Assembly: GCA_964016885.1 (NCBI GenBank)
Contig: OZ024757.1
Location: 42,780,001 to 42,844,000, forward strand
From: Eledone cirrhosa
Lineage: Eukaryota
Reading direction: 5' to 3'
DNA: 64,000 nt
Part shown: positions 8,846 to 22,845 of the stretch, one piece after another
Layout of the letters: each line of letters starts with the position of its first letter
How positions within the stretch are numbered: the stretch's first letter is position 1
Made by a program: the position numbers and the translations under genes
Notes under the pieces: model-generated
The model's input: the letters and a program-made list of their open reading frames with translations, nothing else
Told to the model about the DNA's origin: nothing
Databases searched by the model: none

Positions 8846-11800
8846 GCCGGACCGTAGTGCGCATGCGCCAAGGCCGCCGGACCGTAATGCGCATGCGCCA
8901 AGGCCGCCGGATCGTAGTGCGCATGCGCCAAGGCCGACTGACTGTACTGCGCATGTGTCATCGTCGCAGTACCGAACTGCGCATGCGGTAAGGCCGCCGG
9001 ACCGTACTGCGCATGCGCCAAGGCCGCCGGACCGTAGTGCGCAGGCGCCAAGGCCGCCGGACCGTAGTGCGCATGCACCAAGGCCGCCTGAGTGTACTGC
9101 GCATGCATCAAGGTCCCAGTACCGTACTGCGCAAAGGCCGCCGGACAGTAGTGCGCATGCGCCAGAGCCGCCGAACCGTAGTGCGCATGCGCCAAGGCCG
9201 CCCGACCGTAGTGCGCATGGGCCAAAGCCGCCCGACCGTACTGCGCATGCGCTAAGTCCGTAGTACCGTACTGCGCATGCTACAAGGCCGCAGTACCGTA
9301 CTGCGCATGCGACAAGGCCGCAGTACCGTAGTGCGCATGCGCCAAGGCCACCGGACCGTAGTGCGCATGAGCCAAGGCCGCCGGACCGTACTGCGCATGC
9401 GCCAAGCCCGCCGGACCGTAGTGCGCATGCGCCAGAGCCGCCGAACCGTGGTGCACATGCGCCAAGCCCGCCGGACCGTAGTGCGCATGCGCCAAGCCCG
9501 CCGGACCGTAGTGCGCATGCGCCAAGGCCGCCTGACTGTACTGCGCATGCGTCAAGGTCCCAGTACCGAACTGCTCATGCGCTAAGGCCACCGGACCGTA
9601 CTGCGCATGCGCCAAGGCCGCCGGACCTTAGTGCGCATGCGCCAGAGCCGCCGAACCGTGGTGTGCATGCGCCAAGGCCGCCGGACCATACTGCGCATGC
9701 GCCAAAGCCGCCTGACTGTACTGCGCATGCGCCAAGGCCGCCTGACTGTACTGCGCATGCGACAAGGCCGCCGGACCGTTGTGCGCATGCGCCAAGGAAC
9801 CTAAATGTACTGCGCATGGTCGCAGTACCGAACTGCGCATGCGCCAAGGCCGCCGGACCGTACTGCGAATGCGCCAAGGCCGCCGGACCGTAGTGCGCAT
9901 GCGCCAAAGCCGCCGAACCGTGGTGCACATGCGCCAAGCCCGTCGGACCGTAGTGCGCATGCGCCAAGCCCGCCGGACCGTAGTGCGCATGCGCCAAGGC
10001 CGCCTGACTGTACTGCGCATGCGTCAAGGTCCCAGTACCGAACTGCGCATGCGCTAAGGCCACGGGACCGTACTGCGCATGCGCCAAGGCCGCCGGACCG
10101 TTGTGCGCATGCGCCAGAGCCGCCGAACCGTGGTGTGCATGCGCCAAGGCCACCGGACCATACTGCGCATGCGCCAAAGCCGCCTGACTGTACTGCGCAT
10201 GCGCCAAGGCCGCCTGACTGTACTGCGCATGCGACAAGGCCGCCGGACCGTAGTGCGCATGCGCCCAAGCCGCCGGACCATACTGCGCATGCGCCAAGGC
10301 CGCCGGACCGTAGTGCGCATGCGTCAAGGCCGCAGTACCGAACTGCGCATGCGCTAAGGCCGCAGTACCGAACTGCGCATGCGCTAAGGCCGCAGTACCG
10401 AACTGCGCATGCGCCAAGGCCGCCGGACCGTACTGCGCATGCGCCAAGGACGCCGGACCGTAGTGCGCAGGCGCCAAAGACGCCGGACCGTAGTGCGCAT
10501 GCGCCAAAGACGCCGAACAGTCGTGCCCATGCGCCAAGACCGCCGGACCGTACTGCGCATGCGCCAAGGCCGCTGAACCGTACTGCGCATGCCCCAAAGC
10601 CGCCGACCCGTAGTGCGCATGCACCAAGGCCACCGGACCGTACTGCGCATGCTCCAAGACCGTCGGACCGTAGTGCGCATGCCCCAAGGCCGTCGGACCG
10701 TAGTGCGCATGCGCCAATGCCGCCAGACCGTAGTGCGCATACGCCAAGGCCGCCGAACCGTACTGCGCATGCGCCAAGGCCGCCGAACCGTACTGCGCAT
10801 GCGCCAAGGCCGCCGAACCGTACTGCGCATGCGCCAAGGCCGCCGAACCGTACTGCGCATGCGCCAAAGCCGCTGGACCGTAGTGCGCATGCGCCAAGGC
10901 CACTGGACCGTACTGCGCATGTACCAAGGCCGCCGTCGTAGTGCGCATGCGCCAATGCCGCCGGACCTTTGTGCGCATGCGGTACGGTGGCCTTGGCGCA
11001 TGCGCACTAAGGTCTAACGGCCTTGGCGCATGCGCACTACGGTTCGGCGGCTTTGACGCACACGGACTACGTTCCGTCAGATTTGGCGCACGCACACTAC
11101 GGTCCGGCGGTCTTGGCGCATGCGCACTACGGTCCGGCGACCACGCCGCATGCGCACTACGTTCCGGTGGCCTTGGCACATGCGCAGTACCGTCCGGCGG
11201 CTTTTGCGCATGCGCACTACGGTCTGGCAGCCTTGGCGCATGCGCACTACGGTCCAGCGGCCTTGGCGCATGCGCACTACGTTCCGGTGGCCTTGGCGCA
11301 TGCGCAGTACGGTCCAGTGGCCTTGGCGCATGCGTAGTAAGGTCCGGCGCCCTTAGCGCATGCGCAGTACGGTCCGGCAGCCTTGGCGCATGCGCACTAA
11401 GGGCCAGCGGTCTTTGCGCATGCGCACAACGGTCCGGTGGCCTTGGCGCATGCGCACTACGGTCCGGCGGCCTTGGCGCATGCGCACTAAGGTCCGGCGG
11501 CTTTGGTGCATGCGCACTACGGTCTGGCATCATTGGCGCATGCGCACTACGGTCCGGCGGCCTTGGCGCATGCGCAGTACGGCTGGCAACCTTGGCGTAT
11601 GCGCACTACGGTCTGTCGGCCTTGGCGCATGCGCACTACTGTCCGGCGGCCTTGGCGTATGCGCAGTACGGTCCAGCGGCCTTGGCGCATGCGCACTACG
11701 GTTCGGCGGCCTTGGCGCATGCGCACTACGGTTCGGCGGCCTTGGCGCATGCGTACAACGGTCCGGCGGCCTTGGCGCATGCGCACTACGGTCTGGCAGC

Positions 11801-12140
11801 ATTGGCGCAGGCGCACTAAGGTCCGGCGGCCTTGGCGCATGCGCACTACGGTCCGACGTCCTTGGCGCATGCGCACTACGGTCCGACGTCCTTGGCGCAT
11901 GTGCAGTACGGTCCGGATGACTTTTTGGCCATTTTAAGCCTTTATGTTGCCATATTTAGCCATTTTTGAGTCATTTTAGTAATTTATGATGCAGTTTTTA
12001 CCATTTTAGAGCCATTTATAGTCATTTTAGACGTTTCAGTCGTGTTAGAGTCATTCTAGTCAATTATGATACGGTTTTAGCATTTTAGTCGTTGATGATG
12101 ACGTTTTAGTCATTTATGATGCAGTTTCAGCCATTCTGTT
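8490..12140. mobile_element. Representative macro-unit read as a putative non-autonomous foldback-like element (AT-forward, GC-forward ... GC-reverse, AT-reverse), tandemly amplified
   Basis: Bipartite inverted repeats built from tandem sub-repeats, with homologous AT/GC junctions on both sides. No transposase or target-site duplication is visible, so mobility is inferred only. Confidence 0.4.
10982..11916 (-). repeat. Long inverted arm (935 bp)
   Basis: Same junction and variant order as 3168-4132, one monomer shorter. Confidence 0.96.
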
Positions 12141-12517
12141 GTAATATGGCAACATAAATGATTAAATGGCCCTAAAATGGCTAAAACAGCATCATATTTG
12201 ACAAAAATGACTCGTAAATGAGTAAAACGGTATCGTAAATGACTAAAATAACTCTAGAAAGGCTACTACAACATCATAAATGATTAAAATGACTCTAAAA
12301 CGACTAAAACGTCTAAAATGACAAAAATGGCTTTAATATAGCTTAAACTGCATCTTAAATGACTAAAACTACTAAGATGACTCCGAAATGGCTAAAAAAA
12401 ACATCATAAATGGCTAAAATGACACTAAAGTGGCTAAAACGGACTGTTAAATTGCTAAATTGTCTCTAAAATGGCTAAAACGTCTTCATAAATAAATAAA
12501 ATGGCTAAAACGTGGGT
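11917..12517. repeat. AT-rich island 3, type B (601 bp)
   Basis: Diagnostic variants CTACAACATC and ACTAAGATGA, with an A8 run. Confidence 0.97.
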
Positions 12518-15500
12518 GCCGGACCGTAGTGCGCATGCGCCAAGGCCGCCGGACCGTAATGCGCATGCGCCAAGGCCGCCGGACCGTAGTGCGCATGCGC
12601 CAAGACCGACTGACTGTACTGCGCATGTGTCATCGTCGCAGTACCGCACTGCGCATGCGGTAAGGCCGCCGGACCGTACTGCGCATGCGCCAAGGCCGCC
12701 GGACCGTAGTGCGCAGGCGCCAAGGCCGCCAGACCGTAGTGCGCATGCACCAAGGCCGCCTGAGTGTACTGCGCATGCATCAAGGTCCCAGTACCGCACT
12801 GCGCATGCGCAAAGGCCGCCGGACAGTAGTGCGCATGCGCCAGAGCCGCCGAACCGTAGTGCGCATGCGCCAAGGCCGCCGGACCGTAGTGCGCATGGGC
12901 CAAAGCCGCCCGACCGTACTGCGCATGCGCTAAGTCCGTAGTACCGTACTGCGCATGCTACAAGGCCGCAGTACCGTACTGCGCATGCGACAAGGCCGCA
13001 GTACCGTAGTGCGCATGCGCCAAGGCCACCGGACCGTAGTGCGCATGAGCCAAGGCCGCCGGACCGTACTGCGCATGCGCCAAGCCCGCCGGACCGTAGT
13101 GCGCATGCGCCAGAGCCGCCGAACCGTGGTGCACATGCGCCAAGCCCGCCGGACCGTAGTGCGCATGCGCCAAGGCCGCCGGACCATACACCGCATGCGC
13201 CAAGGCCGCCGGACCATACTCCGCATGCGCCAAGGCCGCCGGACCGTTGTGCGCATGCGCCAAGGCCGCCTGACGACTGCGCATGCGTCAAGGTCGAAAT
13301 ACCGAACTGCGCATGCGCTAAGGCCGGCGGACCGTAGTGCGCATTCGCCAAGGCCGCCGGACCGTAGTGCGCATTCGCCAAGGCCGCCGGACCGTAGTGC
13401 GCATGCGCCAAGGCCGCCGGACCGTAGTGCGCATGCGCCAAGGCCGCCTAACTGTACTGCGCATGCGTCAAGGTCGCAGTACCGAACTGCGCATGCGCTA
13501 AGGCCGCCGGACCGTACTGCGCATGCGCCAAGGCCGCCGGACCGTAGTGCGCATGCGCCAAAGCCGCCGAACCGTAGTGCGCATGCGCCAAGGTCGCCGG
13601 ACCTGACTGCGCATGCGCCGCGGCCGCCGGACCGTACTGCGCATGCCCCAAGGCCGCCTGGTTGTACTGCGCATGCCCCAAGGCTGCCTGGTTGTACTGC
13701 TAATGCCCCAAGGCCGCCCGACCGTAGTGCGCATGCGCCAAGGCCGCCTGACCGTAGTGCGCATGCGCCAAGGCCGCCGGACCGTAGTGCGCATGCGTCA
13801 AGGTCGCAGTACCGAACTGCGCATGCGCTAAGGCCGCCGGACCGAACTGCGTATGGGCTAAGGCCGCCGGACCGTACTGCGCATGCGCCAAAGCCGCCGG
13901 ACCGTAGTGCGCATGCGTCAAGGTCGCAGTACCGAACTGCGCATGCGCTAAGGCCGCCGGACCGTACTGCGCATGCGCCAAGGCCGCCGGACCGTACTGC
14001 GCATACCCCAAGGCCGCCTGGTTGTACTGCGCATGCCCCAAGGCCGCCCGACCGTAGTGCGCATGCGCCAAAGCCGCCGAACCGTAGTGCGCATGCGCCA
14101 AGGCCGCCTAACTGTACTGCGCATGCGTCAAGGTCGCAGTACCGAACTGCGCATGCGCCAAGGCCGCCGGACCGTACTGCGAATGCGCCAAGGCCGCCGG
14201 ACCGTAGTGCGCATGCGCCAAAGCCGCCGAACCGTAGTGCGCATGCGCCAAGGCCGCCGGACCATACTGCGCACGCATGCGCCGCGGCCGCAGGACCGTA
14301 GTGCGCATGCGCCAAGGCCGCCTGGTTGTACTGCGCATGCGCCAAGGCCGCCGGACCGTAGTGCGCATGCGCCAAGGCCGCCTGACTGTACTGCGCATGC
14401 GTCAAGGCCGCAGTACCGAACTGCGTATGGGCTAAGGCCGCCGGACCGTACTGCGCATGCGCCAAGGCCGCCGGACCGTAGTGCGCATGCGCCAAGGCCG
14501 CCGGACCATACTGCGCATGCGCCAAGGCCGCCGGACCGTAGTGCGCATGCGCCAAGGCCGCCTAACTGTACTGCGCATGCGTCAAGGTCGCAGTACCGTA
14601 CTGCGCATGCGCCAAGGCCGCCGAACCGTACTGCGCATGCGCCAAGGCCGCCGAACCGTACTGCGCATGCGCCAAGGCCGCCGAACCGTACTGCGCATGC
14701 GCCAAAGCCGCCGAACCGTAGTGCGCATGCGCCAAAGCCGCTGGACCGTAGTGCGCATGCGCCAAGGCCACTGGACCGTACTGCGCATGTACCAAGGCCG
14801 CCGTCGTAGTGCGCATGCGCCAAGGCCGCCGGAACTTTGTGCGCATGCGCCAAGGCCGCCGGACCGTAGTGCGCATGCGCCAAGGCCGCCGGACCATAGT
14901 GCGCATGCGCCAAGGCCGCCGGAGCATACTGCGCATGCGCCAAGGCCACCGGACCGTAGTGCGCATGAGCCAAGGCCGCCGGACCGTAGTGCGCATGCGC
15001 CAAGGCCACCGGACCGTAGTGCGCATGAGCCAAGGCCGCCGGACCGTAGTGCGCATGCGCCAGAGCCGCCGAACCGTGGTGCACATGCGCCAAGCCCGTC
15101 GGACCGTAGTGCGCATGCGCCAAGCCCGCCGGACCGTAGTGCGCATGCGCCAAGGCCGCCTGACTGTACTGCGCATGCGTCAAGGTCCCAGTACCGAACT
15201 GCGCATGCGCTAAGGCCACCGGACCGTACTGCGCATGCGCCAAGGCCGCCGGACCGTTGTGCGCATGCGCCAGAGCCGCCGAACCGTGGTGTGCATGCGC
15301 CAAGGCCGCCGGACCATACTGCGCATGCGCCAAAGCCGCCTGACTGTACTGCGCATGCGCCAAGGCCGCCTGACTGTACTGCGCATGCGACAAGGCCGCC
15401 GGACCGTAGTGCGCATGCGCCCAAGCCGCCGGACCATACTGCGCATGCGCCAAGGCCGCCGGACCGTAGTGCGCATGCGTCAAGGCCGCAGTACCGAACT

Positions 15501-16107
15501 GCGCATGCGCTAAGGCCGCAGTACCGAACTGCGCATGCGCCAAGGCCGCCGGACCGTACTGCGCATGCGCCAAGGACGCCGGACCGTAGTGCGCATGCGC
15601 CAAAGACGCCGGACCGTAGTGCGCATGCGCCAAAGACGCCGAACAGTCGTGCCCATGCGCCAAGACCGCCGGACCGTACTGCGCATGCGCCAAGGCCGCT
15701 GAACCGTACTGCGCATGCCCCAAAGCCGCCGACCCGTAGTGCGCATGCACCAAGGCCACCGGACCGTACTGCGCATGCTCTAAGACCGTCGGACCGTAGT
15801 GCGCATGCCCCAAGGCCGTCGGACCGTAGTGCGCATGCGCCAAGGCCGCCAGACCGTAGTGCGCATACGCCAAGGCCGCCGAACCGTACTGCGCATGCGC
15901 CAAGGCCGCCGAACCGTACTGCGCATGCGCCAAGGCCGCCGAACCGTACTGCGCATGCGCCAAGGCCGCCGAACCGTACTGCGCATGCGCCAAGGCCGCC
16001 GAACCGTAGTGCGCATGCGCCAAGGCCACTGGACCGTACTGCGCATGTACCAAGGCCGCCGTCGTAGTGCGCATGCGCCAATGCCGCCGGACCTTTGTGC
16101 GCATGCG

Positions 16108-17102
16108 GTACGGTGGCCTTGGCGCATGCGCACTAAGGTCTAACGGCATTGGCGCATGCGCACTACGGTTCGGCGGCTTTGACGCACACGGACTACGTTC
16201 CGTCAGATTTGGCGCACGCACACTACGGTCCGGCGGTCTTGGCGCATGCGCACTACGGTCCGGCGACCATGCCGCATGCGCACTACGTTCCGGTGGCCTT
16301 GGCACATGCGCAGTACGGTCCGGCGGCTTTTGCGCATGCGCACTACGGTCTGGCAGCCTTGGCGCATGCGCACTACGGTCCAGCGGCCTTGGCGCATGCG
16401 CACTACGTTCCGGTGGCCTTGGCGCATGCGCAGTACGGTCCAGTGGCCTTGGCGCATGCGTAGTAAGGTCCGGCGCCCTTAGCGCATGCGCAGTACGGTC
16501 CGGCAGCCTTGGCGCATGCGCACTAAGGGCCAGCGGTCTTTGCGCATGCGCACAACGGTCCGGTGGCCTTGGCGCATGCGCACTACGGTCCGGTGGCCTT
16601 GGCGCATGCGCACTACGGTCCGGCGGCCTTGGCGCATGCGCACTAAGGTCCGGCGGCTTTGGTGCATGCGCACTACGGTCTGGCATCATTGGCGCATGCG
16701 CACTACGGTCCGGCGGCCTTGGCGCATGCGCAGTACGGCTGGCAACCTTGGCGTATGCGCACTACGGTCTGTCGGCCTTGGCGCATGCGCACTACTGTCC
16801 GGCGGCCTTGGCGTATGCGCAGTACGGTCCAGCGGCCTTGGCGCATGCGCAGTACGGTCCAGCGGCCTTGGCGCATGCGCACTACGGTTCGGCGGCCTTG
16901 GCGCATGCGCACTACGGTTCGGCGGCCTTGGCGCATGCGTACAACGGTCCGGCGGCCTTGGCGCATGCGCACTACGGTCTGGCAGCATTGGCGCAGGCGC
17001 ACTAAGGTCCGGCGGCCTTGGCGCATGCGCACTACGGTCCGACGTCCTTGGCGCATGCGCACTACGGTCCGACGTCCTTGGCGCATGTGCAGTACGGTCC
17101 GG
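16108..17102 (-). repeat. Long inverted arm (995 bp)
   Basis: Same junction as 3168. Confidence 0.96.
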
Positions 17103-17704
17103 ATGACTTTTTGGCCATTTTAAGCCTTTATGTTGCCATATTTAGCCATTTTTGAGTCATTTTAGTAATTTATGATGCAGTTTTTACCATTTTAGAGCCA
17201 TTTATAGTCATTTTAGACGTTTCAGTCGTGTTAGAGTCATTCTAGTCAATTATGATACGGTTTTAGCATTTTAGTCGTTGATGATGACGTTTTAGTCATT
17301 TATGATGCAGTTTCAGCCATTCTGTTGTAATATGGCAACATAAATGATTAAATGGCCCTAAAATGGCTAAAACAGCATCATATTTGACAAAAATGACTCG
17401 TAAATGAGTAAAACGGTATCGTAAATGACTAAAATAACTCTAGAAAGGCTACTACAGCATCATAAATGATTAAAATGACTCTAAAACGACTAAAACGTCT
17501 AAAATGACAAAAATGGCTTTAATATAGCTTAAACTGCATCTTAAATGACTAAAACTACTAAAATGACTCCGAAATGGCTAAAAAAAAACATCATAAATGG
17601 CTAAAATGACACTAAAGTGGCTAAAACGGACTGTTAAATTGCTAAATTGTCTCTAAAATGGCTAAAACGTCTTCATAAATAAATAAAATGGCTAAAACGT
17701 GGGT
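17103..17704. repeat. AT-rich island 4, type C (602 bp)
   Basis: Full-length island with an A9 run, CTACAGCATC and ACTAAAATGA. Confidence 0.97.
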
Positions 17705-20700
17705 GCCGGACCGTAGTGCGCATGCGCCAAGGCCGCCGGACCGTAATGCGCATGCGCCAAGGCCGCCGGACCGTAGTGCGCATGCGCCAAGACCGACTGA
17801 CTGTACTGCGCATGTGTCATCGTCGCAGTACCGCACTGCGCATGCGGTAAGGCCGCCGGACCGTACTGCGCATGCGCCAAGGCCGCCGGACCGTAGTGCG
17901 CAGGCGCCAAGGCCGCCGGACCGTAGTGCGCATGCACCAAGGCCGCCTGAGTGTACTGCGCATGCATCAAGGTCCCAGTACCGTACTGCGCATGCGCAAA
18001 GGCCGCCGGACAGTAGTGCGCATGCACCAGAGCCGCCGAACCGTAGTGCGCATGCGCCAAGGCCGTCGGACCGTAGTGCGCATGGGCCAAAGCCGCCCGA
18101 CCGTACTGCGCATGCGCTAAGTCCGTAGTACCGTACTGCGCATGCTACAAGGCCGCAGTACCGTACTGCGCATGCGACAAGGCCGCAGTACCGTAGTGCG
18201 CATGCGCCAAGGCCACCGGACCGTAGTGCGCATGAGCCAAGGCCGCCGGACCGTACTGCGCATGCGCCAAGCCCGCCGGACCGTAGTGCGCATGCGCCAA
18301 GGCCGCCTGACTGTACTGCGCATGCGCCAAGGCCGCCTGACTGTACTGCGCATGCGTCAAGGTCCCAGTACCGAACTGCGCATGCGCTAAGGCCACCGGA
18401 CCGTACTGCGCATGCGCCAAGGCCGCCGGACCGTAGTGCGCATGCGCCAGAGCCGCCGAACCCTGGTGTGCATGCGCCAAGGCCGCCGGACCATACTGCA
18501 CATGCGCCAAAGCCACCTGACTGTACTGCGCATGTGCCAAGGCCGCCTGACTGTACTGCGCATGCGACAAGGCCGCCAGACCGTAGTGCGCATGCGCCAA
18601 GGCCACCTAACTGTACTGCGCATGCGTCAAGGTCGCAGTACCGAACTGCGCATGCGCCAAGGCCGCCGGACCGTACTGCGCATGCGCCAAGGCCGCCGGA
18701 CCGTAGTGCGCATGCGCCAAAGCCGCCGAACCGTAGTGCGCATGCGCCAAGGCCGCCGGACCATACTGCGCACGCATGCGCGCGGCCGCAGGACCGTAGT
18801 GCGCATGCGCCAAGGCCGCCTGGTTGTACTGCGCATGCGCCAAGGCCGCCGGACCGTAGTGCGCATGCGCCAAGGCCGCCTGACTGTATTGCGCATGCGT
18901 CAAGGCCGCAGTACCGAACTGCGTATGGGCTAAGGCCGCCGGACCGTACTGCGCATGCGCCAAGGCCGCCGGACCGTAGTGCGCATGCGCCAAGGCCGCC
19001 GGACCGTAGTGCGCCTGCGCCAAGGCCGCCTAACTGTACTGCGCATGCGTTAAATCGCAGTACCGAACTGCGCATGCGCTAAGGCCGCCGGACCGTACTG
19101 CGCATGCGCCAAAGCCGCCGGACCGTAGTGCGCATGCGCCAAGTCCGCCTGGTTGTACTGCGCATGCGCCAAGGCCGCCGGACCGTAGTGCGCATGCGCC
19201 AAGGCCGCCTGACTGTACTGCGCATGCGTCAAGGCCGCAGTACCGAACTGCGTATGGGCTAAGGCCGCCGGACCGTACTGCGCATGCGCCAAGGCCGCCG
19301 GACCGTAGTGCGCATGCGCCAAGGCCGCCGGACCATACTGCGCATGCGCCAAGGCCGCCGGACCGTAGTGCGCATGCGCCAAGGCCGCCTAACTGTACTG
19401 CGCATGCGTCAAGGTCGCAGTACCGAACTGCGCATGCGCTAAGGCCGCCGGACCGTACTGCGCATGCGCCAAGGCCGCCGTACCGTAGTGCGCATGCGCC
19501 AAAGCCGCCGAACCGTAGTGCGCATGCGCCAAGGCCGCCGGACCAGACTGCGCATGCGCCATGGCCGCCGGACCGTAGTGCGCATGCGCCAAGGCCGCCT
19601 GACCGTAGTGCGCATGCGCCAAGGCCGCCTGACTGTACTGCGCATGCGCCAAGGCCGCCGGACCGTAGTGCGCATGCGCCAAGGCCGCCGGACCGTAGTG
19701 TGCATGCGCCAAGACCGCCTAACTGTACTGCGCATGCGCCAAGGCCACCTAACTGTACTGCGCATGCGTCAAGGTCGCAGTACCGAACTGCGCATGCGCC
19801 AAGGCCGCCGGACCGTACTGCGAATGCGCCAAGGCCGCCGAACCGTAGTGCGCATGCGCCAAGGCCGCCTGACTGTACTGCGCATGCGTCAAGGCCGCAG
19901 TACCGAACTGCGCATGCGCTAAGGCCGCCGGACCGAACAGCGTATGGGCTAAGGCCGCCGGACCGTACTGCGCATGCGCCAAGGCCGCCGGACCGTAGTG
20001 CGCATGCGCCAAAGCCGCCGAACCGTAGTGCGCATGCGCCAAGGCCGCCTAACTGTACTGCGCATGCGTCAAGGTCGCAGTACCGAACTGCGCATGCGCC
20101 AAGGCCGCCGGACCGTACTGCGAATGCGCCAAGGCCGCCGGACCGTAGTGCGCATGCGCCAAAGCCGCCGAACCGTAGTGCGCATGCGCCAAGGCCGCCG
20201 GACCATACTGCGCACGCATGCGCCGCGGCCGCAGGGCCGTAGTGCGCATGCGCCAAGGCCGCCGGACCGTACTGCGCATGCGCCAAGGCCGCCGGACCGT
20301 AGTGCGCATGCGCCAAGGCCGCCGGACCATACTGCGCATGCGCCAAGGCCGCCAGACCGTAGTGCGCATGCGCCAAGGCCGCCTAACTGTACTGCGCATG
20401 CGCACTACGGTCCGGCGGCCTTGGCGCATGCGCTAAGGCCGCCGGACCGTACTGCACATGCGCCAATGCCGCCGGACCGTAGTGCGCATGCGCCAAAGCC
20501 GCCGGACCGTAGTGCGCATGCGCCAAGGCCGCCTGGTTGTACTGCGCATGCGCCAAGGCCGCCGGATCGTAGTGCGCATGCGCCAAGGCCGCCTGACTGC
20601 ACTGCGCATGCGTCAAGGCCGCAGTACCGAACTGCGTATGGGCTAAGGCCGCCGGACCGTACTGCGCATGCGCCAAGGCCGCCGGACCGTAGTGCGCATG

Positions 20701-21890
20701 CGTCAAGGTCGCAGTACCGAACTGCGCATGCGCTAAGGCCGCCGGACCGTACTGCGCATGCGCCAAGGCCGCCGGACCGTAGTGCGCATGTGCCAAAGCC
20801 GCCGAACCGTAGTGCGCATGCGCCAAGGCCGCCTAACTGTACTGCGCATGCGTCAAGGTCGCAGTACCGAACTGCGCATGCGCCAAGGCCGCCGGACCGT
20901 ACTGCGAATGCGCCAAAGCCGCCGAACCGTAGTGCGCATGCGCCAAGGCCGCCGGAACATACTGCGCACGCATGCCGCGGTCGCAGGACCGTAGTGCGCA
21001 TGCGCCAAGGCCGCCTGGTTGTACTGCGCATGCGCCAAGGCCGCCGGACCGTAGTGCGCATGCGCCAAGGCCGCCTGACTGTACTGCGCATGCGTCAAGG
21101 CCGCAGTACCGAACTGCGTATGGGCTAAGGCCGCCGGACCGTACTGCGCATGCGCCAAGGCCGCCGGACCATACTGCGCATGCGCCAAGGCCGCCGGACC
21201 GTAGTGCGCATGCGCCAAGGCCGCCTAACTGTACTGCGCATGCGTCAAGGTCGCAGTACCGAACTGCGCATGCGCTAAGGCCGCCGGACCGTACTGCGCA
21301 TGCGCCAAGGCCGCGGGACCGTAGTGCGCATGCGCCAAAGCCGCCGGACCGTAGTGCGCATGCGCCAAGGCCGCCGGATCGTAGTGCGCATGCGCCAAGG
21401 CCGCCTGACTGTACTGCGCATGCGTCAAGGCCGCAGTACCGAACTGCGTATGGGCTAAGGCCGCCGGACCGTACTGCGCATGCGCCAAGACCGCCGGACC
21501 GTAGTGCGCATGCGTCAAGGTCGCAGTACCGAACTGCGCTTGCGCTAAGGCCGCCGGACCGTACTGCGCATGCGCCAAGGCCGCCGGACCGTAGTGCTCA
21601 TGCGCCAAAGCCGCCGAACCGTAGTGCGCATGCGCCAAGGCCGCCGGACCAGACTGCGCATGCGCCAAGGCCGCCGGACCGTAGTGCGCATGCGCCAAGG
21701 CCGCCGGACCGTAGTGCGCATGCGCCAAGGCCGCCTGACCGTAGTGCGCATGCGTCAAGGCCGCAGTACCGAACTGCGTATGGGCTAAGGCCGCCGGACC
21801 GTACTGCGCATGCGCCAAGGCCGCCGGACCGTACTGCGCATGCGCCAAGGCCGCCGGACCATACTGCGCATGCGCCAAGGCCGCCGTACA

Positions 21891-22266
21891 GCGCACTACG
21901 GTCTGGCATCATTGGCGCATGCGCACTACGGCCCGGCGGCCTTGGCGCATGCGCAGTACGGCCCGGCAACCTTGGCGTATGCGCACTACGGTCTGTCGGC
22001 CTTGGCGCATGCGCACTACTGTCCGGCGGCCTTGGCGCATGCGCAGTACGGTCCAGCGGCCTTGACGCATGCGCACTACGGTTCGGCGGCCTTGGCGCAT
22101 GCGTACAACGGTCCGGCGGCCTTGGCGCATGCGCACTACGGTCTGGCAGCATTGGCGCATGCGCACTACGGTCCGCCGTCCTTGGCGCATGCGCACTACG
22201 GTCCGCCGTCCTTGGCGCATGCGCACTACGGTCCGACGTCCTTGGCGCATGTGCAGTACGGTCCGG
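21891..22266 (-). repeat. Short inverted arm (376 bp)
   Basis: Same junction as 7891 at offset 14,000. Confidence 0.96.
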
Positions 22267-22845
22267 ATGACTTTTTAGCCATTTTAAGCCTTTATGTTGC
22301 CATATTTAGCCATTTTTGAGTCATTTTAGTAATTTATGATGCAGTTTTTACCATTTTAGAGCCATTTATAGTCATTTTAGACGTTTCAGTCGTGTTAGAG
22401 TCATTCTAGTCAATTATGATACGGTTTTAGCATTTTAGTCGTTGATGATGACGTTTTAGTCATTTATGATGCAGATTCAGCCATTCTGTTGTAATATGGC
22501 AACATAAATGATTAAATGGCCCTAAAATGGCTTAAACAGCATCATATTTGACAAAAGTGACTCGTAAATGAGTAAAACGGTATCATAAATGACTAAAATA
22601 ACTCTAGAAAGGCTACTACAGCATCATAAATGATTAAAATGACTCTAAAACGACTAAAACGTCTAAAATGACAAAAATGGCTTTAATATAGCTTAAACTG
22701 CATCTTAAATGACTAAAACTACTAAAATGACTCCGAAATGGCTAAAATGACACTAAAGTGGCTAAAACGGACTGTTAAATTGCTAAATTGTCTCTAAAAT
22801 GGCTAAAACGTCTTCATAAATAAATAAAATGGCTAAAACGTGGGT
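22267..22845. repeat. AT-rich island 5, type A (579 bp)
   Basis: Carries the type A diagnostic variants. Confidence 0.97.

Noticed and set aside
8829-22829. Offset of exactly 14,000 bp between two type A units, suggesting a synthetic construct
   Set aside because: Other periods are not round numbers, and the copies differ by natural-looking substitutions and monomer indels, so this is treated as coincidence.
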